Assembly: GCA_043778225.1 (NCBI GenBank)
Contig: JAYWGM010000003.1
Location: 1 to 11,170 of the forward strand
DNA from: Deinococcales bacterium
GTDB taxonomy: Bacteria; Deinococcota; Deinococci; Deinococcales; JAAFIG01
DNA length: 11,170 nt
Reading direction: 5' to 3'
A program made the translations under genes and the position numbers. The notes beneath the pieces are model-generated. The model made no database searches and had not been told where the DNA came from. It saw only the letters and a program-made list of their open reading frames with translations. This document shows positions 7,439 to 11,170 of the stretch, piece by piece; positions within the stretch are counted from its first letter, which is position 1; every line of letters begins with the position of its first letter.

Positions 7439-8617
7439 TCAAAGCGGTATAGAAGCACGCAAAACCGTTCCAGCGTTATTTTGACTTTGTATCGTCCATG
7501 TTCCACCAGCACTCAGCACCCGAGCCGATAAACTCGAGAGTCCTAAACCAATCTCAAAACGATGGCTGTCAAACCCACGCCCATCATCGCGCACACAAAG
7601 CTCGAGGTGTTGATTTTGTAGGTTCATCCGAACCCAGACATTTTTGGCTTCGGCATGGCGCAAGGTGTTTGCCAAGGCTTCTTCAATCACTCGGTACGCC
7701 ACCAAACGCAAGTTCTCGGACAGTTGATTTCCCTTGGGGCTGTCCAAGCCAACCACTGTTTGGTCTGCCTCAACATGAACCTCGAGTACCCCAGAAACCC
7801 GTGCCGCTAAGGAACGCAGGGCTGGAATTAAACCAACCCGAATGATGCTTGGGTGCAGCATATGGCTGGCTTGACGCACATCTTCTTCGCGGATTTGCTC
7901 GAGTTCGTTTTGGATCTGTTCGATTAACACCATTTTTTGGGTCTCATCGGTCAGTTCTTTGTATTCGCCCAGCCGATGCCATGCCATCAGTAGGCGTGTT
8001 TGGACTCTGGTATGCAGTATTTCGCTGATTTCACGGCGAACCCGTTCTTCATTTTGAGTCAGCAACTGCCTCGAGTGTTGCAGGTTTTGCAGTTGCAGGC
8101 TTAGATTTTGGGTTAGACGGGCATTCTCGAGCAACAGCGCAGCTTGCTTAGCAAAGGCTTCGCAAGTTTTAAGGTTGGTTTGGGTAAATGGTTTGTATTG
8201 TGTAAAGCTAATCCCCGCCACCACTTTTTGTTCTATTTTAATTGGAGCAGTCAGTGTAAAACGCATTCCCGCCAGTAGACTGGCAATCCAAATCGCAAGG
8301 AACGGCGCGACATTCTGGGCGGCTTGGGTAAAAGTTGCGGTCTGGATTTCGCCATCAATGTAGACCCGATAGAGAAACGAATTCAGTCTGACGCTATTTT
8401 TATACTCGAGTGGCTTAAACCTTGGAAAAAACCGTTGAATCATCTGTAAAGCCCGTTTTGAAGGCGCAAGTTGCAAACCAGACCATGCCGCAATTTCGAC
8501 TTCTTGGCAAATGGCATCGTAACGCCATACTTGTACCCCCGGACAATCCAAGGCAGCGCGGGCATTATCGGCAATCTCTTGGTAGAAATTTTGCACACTA
8601 CCCGCCACGCAGCGCAT
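7439..8617 (-). CDS. GAF-domain sensor histidine kinase, HisKA_3 + HATPase_c (NarX/UhpB-like class)
   Basis: GAF-like N-terminus ending in EAFAKQAALLLENARL, a coiled coil, H-box EERVRREISEILHTRVQ, N-box YRVIEEALANTLRHA, G1 VRDDGRGFD and G2 GLGL. The true start may be GTG 8596, 1 nt after the regulator's stop. Confidence 0.92.
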   Translation of the reverse strand: MRCVAGSVQNFYQEIADNARAALDCPGVQVWRYDAICQEVEIAAWSGLQLAPSKRALQMIQRFFPRFKPLEYKNSVRLNSFLYRVYIDGEIQTATFTQAAQNVAPFLAIWIASLLAGMRFTLTAPIKIEQKVVAGISFTQYKPFTQTNLKTCEAFAKQAALLLENARLTQNLSLQLQNLQHSRQLLTQNEERVRREISEILHTRVQTRLLMAWHRLGEYKELTDETQKMVLIEQIQNELEQIREEDVRQASHMLHPSIIRVGLIPALRSLAARVSGVLEVHVEADQTVVGLDSPKGNQLSENLRLVAYRVIEEALANTLRHAEAKNVWVRMNLQNQHLELCVRDDGRGFDSHRFEIGLGLSSLSARVLSAGGTWTIQSQNNAGTVLRASIPL

Positions 8618-9257
8618 CGAGGTACATTAAAACTGCTTTAACTCGAGGGTGAATCTGGGCTTGGGTTGGAATCTCGAGCGTTTGATAAATGGCATTGACC
8701 ATGTTCTCAACCGTTTTTTGGCTGATGTCAAGTTGTAGCCCCACAGCCGCATTGGTATAGCCCTGGGCAATCAGTGCCAAAACCTCGAGTTGCCGTGGGG
8801 TCAGTAAACGCAAGGGGCTGCGGATCGAGATTCGACTTGTGACCAATTGTGGATCCAAAACGGTCATGCCATCATTTGCCCCTTCGATCGCTCGGAGTAA
8901 GACATCGGCATTCCGCACCGATTTTTTAAGCAAATAAGACCAGCCGGCTAAGGTTCTCGAGTCTATCGAAGCAATAAATTCGATGTCTTGATGGTTAGAG
9001 AGCAGCACCACCCCAAGCTGTGGCAGTTGGGCACGTAACTCAATCCCAAGTTCGACACCGTTTAGTACGCCGCCCAAGTCAATATCGAGCAACACAATGT
9101 TTGGCTCAAGGCTTGGAATCTGGGTCAGTGCGCTTTCTACATCACCAAATGAACCAACAATTTCTAAACGTGTATGACGCTCGAGAGCAATTTTAAGCAA
9201 ATCACGAAATAAATGTTCATCTTCAACAATGGCTATTCGCAGGGTTTGCTCAATCAT
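8598..9257 (-). CDS. NarL/FixJ-family response regulator (receiver + LuxR-type HTH)
   Basis: IAIVEDE acidic pocket, VLLDIDL phospho-Asp, LLSN, YLLK, and C-terminal LTPRQLEVLALIAQGYTN...ISQKTVEN. Confidence 0.95.
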   Translation of the reverse strand: MIEQTLRIAIVEDEHLFRDLLKIALERHTRLEIVGSFGDVESALTQIPSLEPNIVLLDIDLGGVLNGVELGIELRAQLPQLGVVLLSNHQDIEFIASIDSRTLAGWSYLLKKSVRNADVLLRAIEGANDGMTVLDPQLVTSRISIRSPLRLLTPRQLEVLALIAQGYTNAAVGLQLDISQKTVENMVNAIYQTLEIPTQAQIHPRVKAVLMYLDALRGG

Positions 9258-9319
9258 GCCTGTTGGATAGTACCTTGATTTCTTGGGCTTTGATATTACA
9301 AATCTAACGCCGCTTCAAA

Positions 9320-9340
9320 TCTGAGTCTTAGACACTCAAG
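9320..9340. promoter_or_regulatory. HAIR element (HspR operator)
   Basis: TCTGAGT-CTTAGAC-ACTCAAG versus consensus CTTGAGT-N7-ACTCAAG: right arm perfect, left arm 5/7, exact 7-nt spacer, located upstream of the groESL promoter. Confidence 0.75.
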
Positions 9341-9356
9341 GTTCTTCATGCCGCAC

Positions 9357-9386
9357 TTGACGAAACCTTGACCCTACCCGTATACT
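9357..9386 (+). promoter_or_regulatory. Sigma70/SigA-type promoter of groESL
   Basis: TTGACG (9357-9362), 18 nt, TATACT (9381-9386). The CIRCE begins 10 nt downstream. Confidence 0.7.
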
Positions 9387-9396
9387 CTTTTTTGGA

Positions 9397-9423
9397 TTAG
9401 CACTCGAGACTCGAGACTGCTAA
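9397..9423. promoter_or_regulatory. CIRCE element (HrcA operator)
   Basis: TTAGCACTC-GAGACTCGA-GACTGCTAA versus consensus TTAGCACTC-N9-GAGTGCTAA (1 mismatch), upstream of groES. Confidence 0.93.
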
Positions 9424-9456
9424 TGAATCTGTTTTAATTTTGTACGGAGGTACATA

Positions 9457-9747
9457 ATGGCACTAATGCCCCTTGGTGATCGCGTGGTCATCGAAATTAT
9501 CGAAGAGAGTGAGCAAAAAACAGCCAGCGGTTTGATTGTTCCAGACACCGCCAAAGAAAAAAGCCAACGCGGTAAAGTGATTGCAGTTGGAACTGGCAAA
9601 ACCCTAGACAGCGGCACAAAAGTCGCGGTCGAAGTCCAAGTTGGTAACACTGTTTACTTTGCCAAATACGGCGGTACCGAAGTAAGCGACGGCGGCAAAA
9701 CCTACACCATTCTTTCCGAACGCGATATTCTCGCTGTTATTGGTTAA
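9457..9747 (+). CDS. groES: Co-chaperonin GroES
   Basis: [57 protein letters not shown] at 9446-9450. Confidence 0.99.
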   Translation: MALMPLGDRVVIEIIEESEQKTASGLIVPDTAKEKSQRGKVIAVGTGKTLDSGTKVAVEVQVGNTVYFAKYGGTEVSDGGKTYTILSERDILAVIG

Positions 9748-9750
9748 ATC

Positions 9751-9779
9751 AACTATTGAGGCTTTTAAGCTCAATAGTT
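9751..9779 (+). other. Intergenic stem-loop between groES and groEL
   Basis: AACTATTGAG (9751-9760) and CTCAATAGTT (9770-9779) form a perfect 10-bp inverted repeat. It is AT-rich with no U-tract. Confidence 0.6.
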
Positions 9780-9800
9780 ACCAAGCTCACAGCCTTTTAA

Positions 9801-11170
<1,370 letters not shown>

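Noticed and set aside
9751..9779. Intrinsic terminator after groES
   Set aside because: The stem is AT-rich with no U-tract and lies inside a normally co-transcribed operon; it is more likely an mRNA stability or processing hairpin.

Overview
Bacterial window, most likely Deinococcota (Deinococcus-like GroEL, plus HAIR and CIRCE operators). The right end is housekeeping: groES and groEL (partial) on +, with a sigma70-type promoter between an HspR (HAIR) and an HrcA (CIRCE) operator. Divergent from it, on the - strand, is an accessory block. It begins with a NarL/LuxR response regulator and a GAF-HisKA_3 kinase. Next comes a 56-aa peptide whose leader has the lasso/RRE spacing (YxxPxL...T-2). 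Then follow three paralogous lipoproteins (1243, 302 and ~771 aa) sharing an N-terminal domain of about 280 aa that I cannot name. Two of them carry Ig-like plus 7-bladed FG-GAP propeller modules, and one propeller is a recent DNA-level tandem amplification. The left edge looks like the 3' end of an ISAs1-family element inserted into the last codons of the third lipoprotein gene. The palindrome CTCGAG occurs about 61 times by manual count (about 3 expected), like a HIP1-type highly iterated palindrome.
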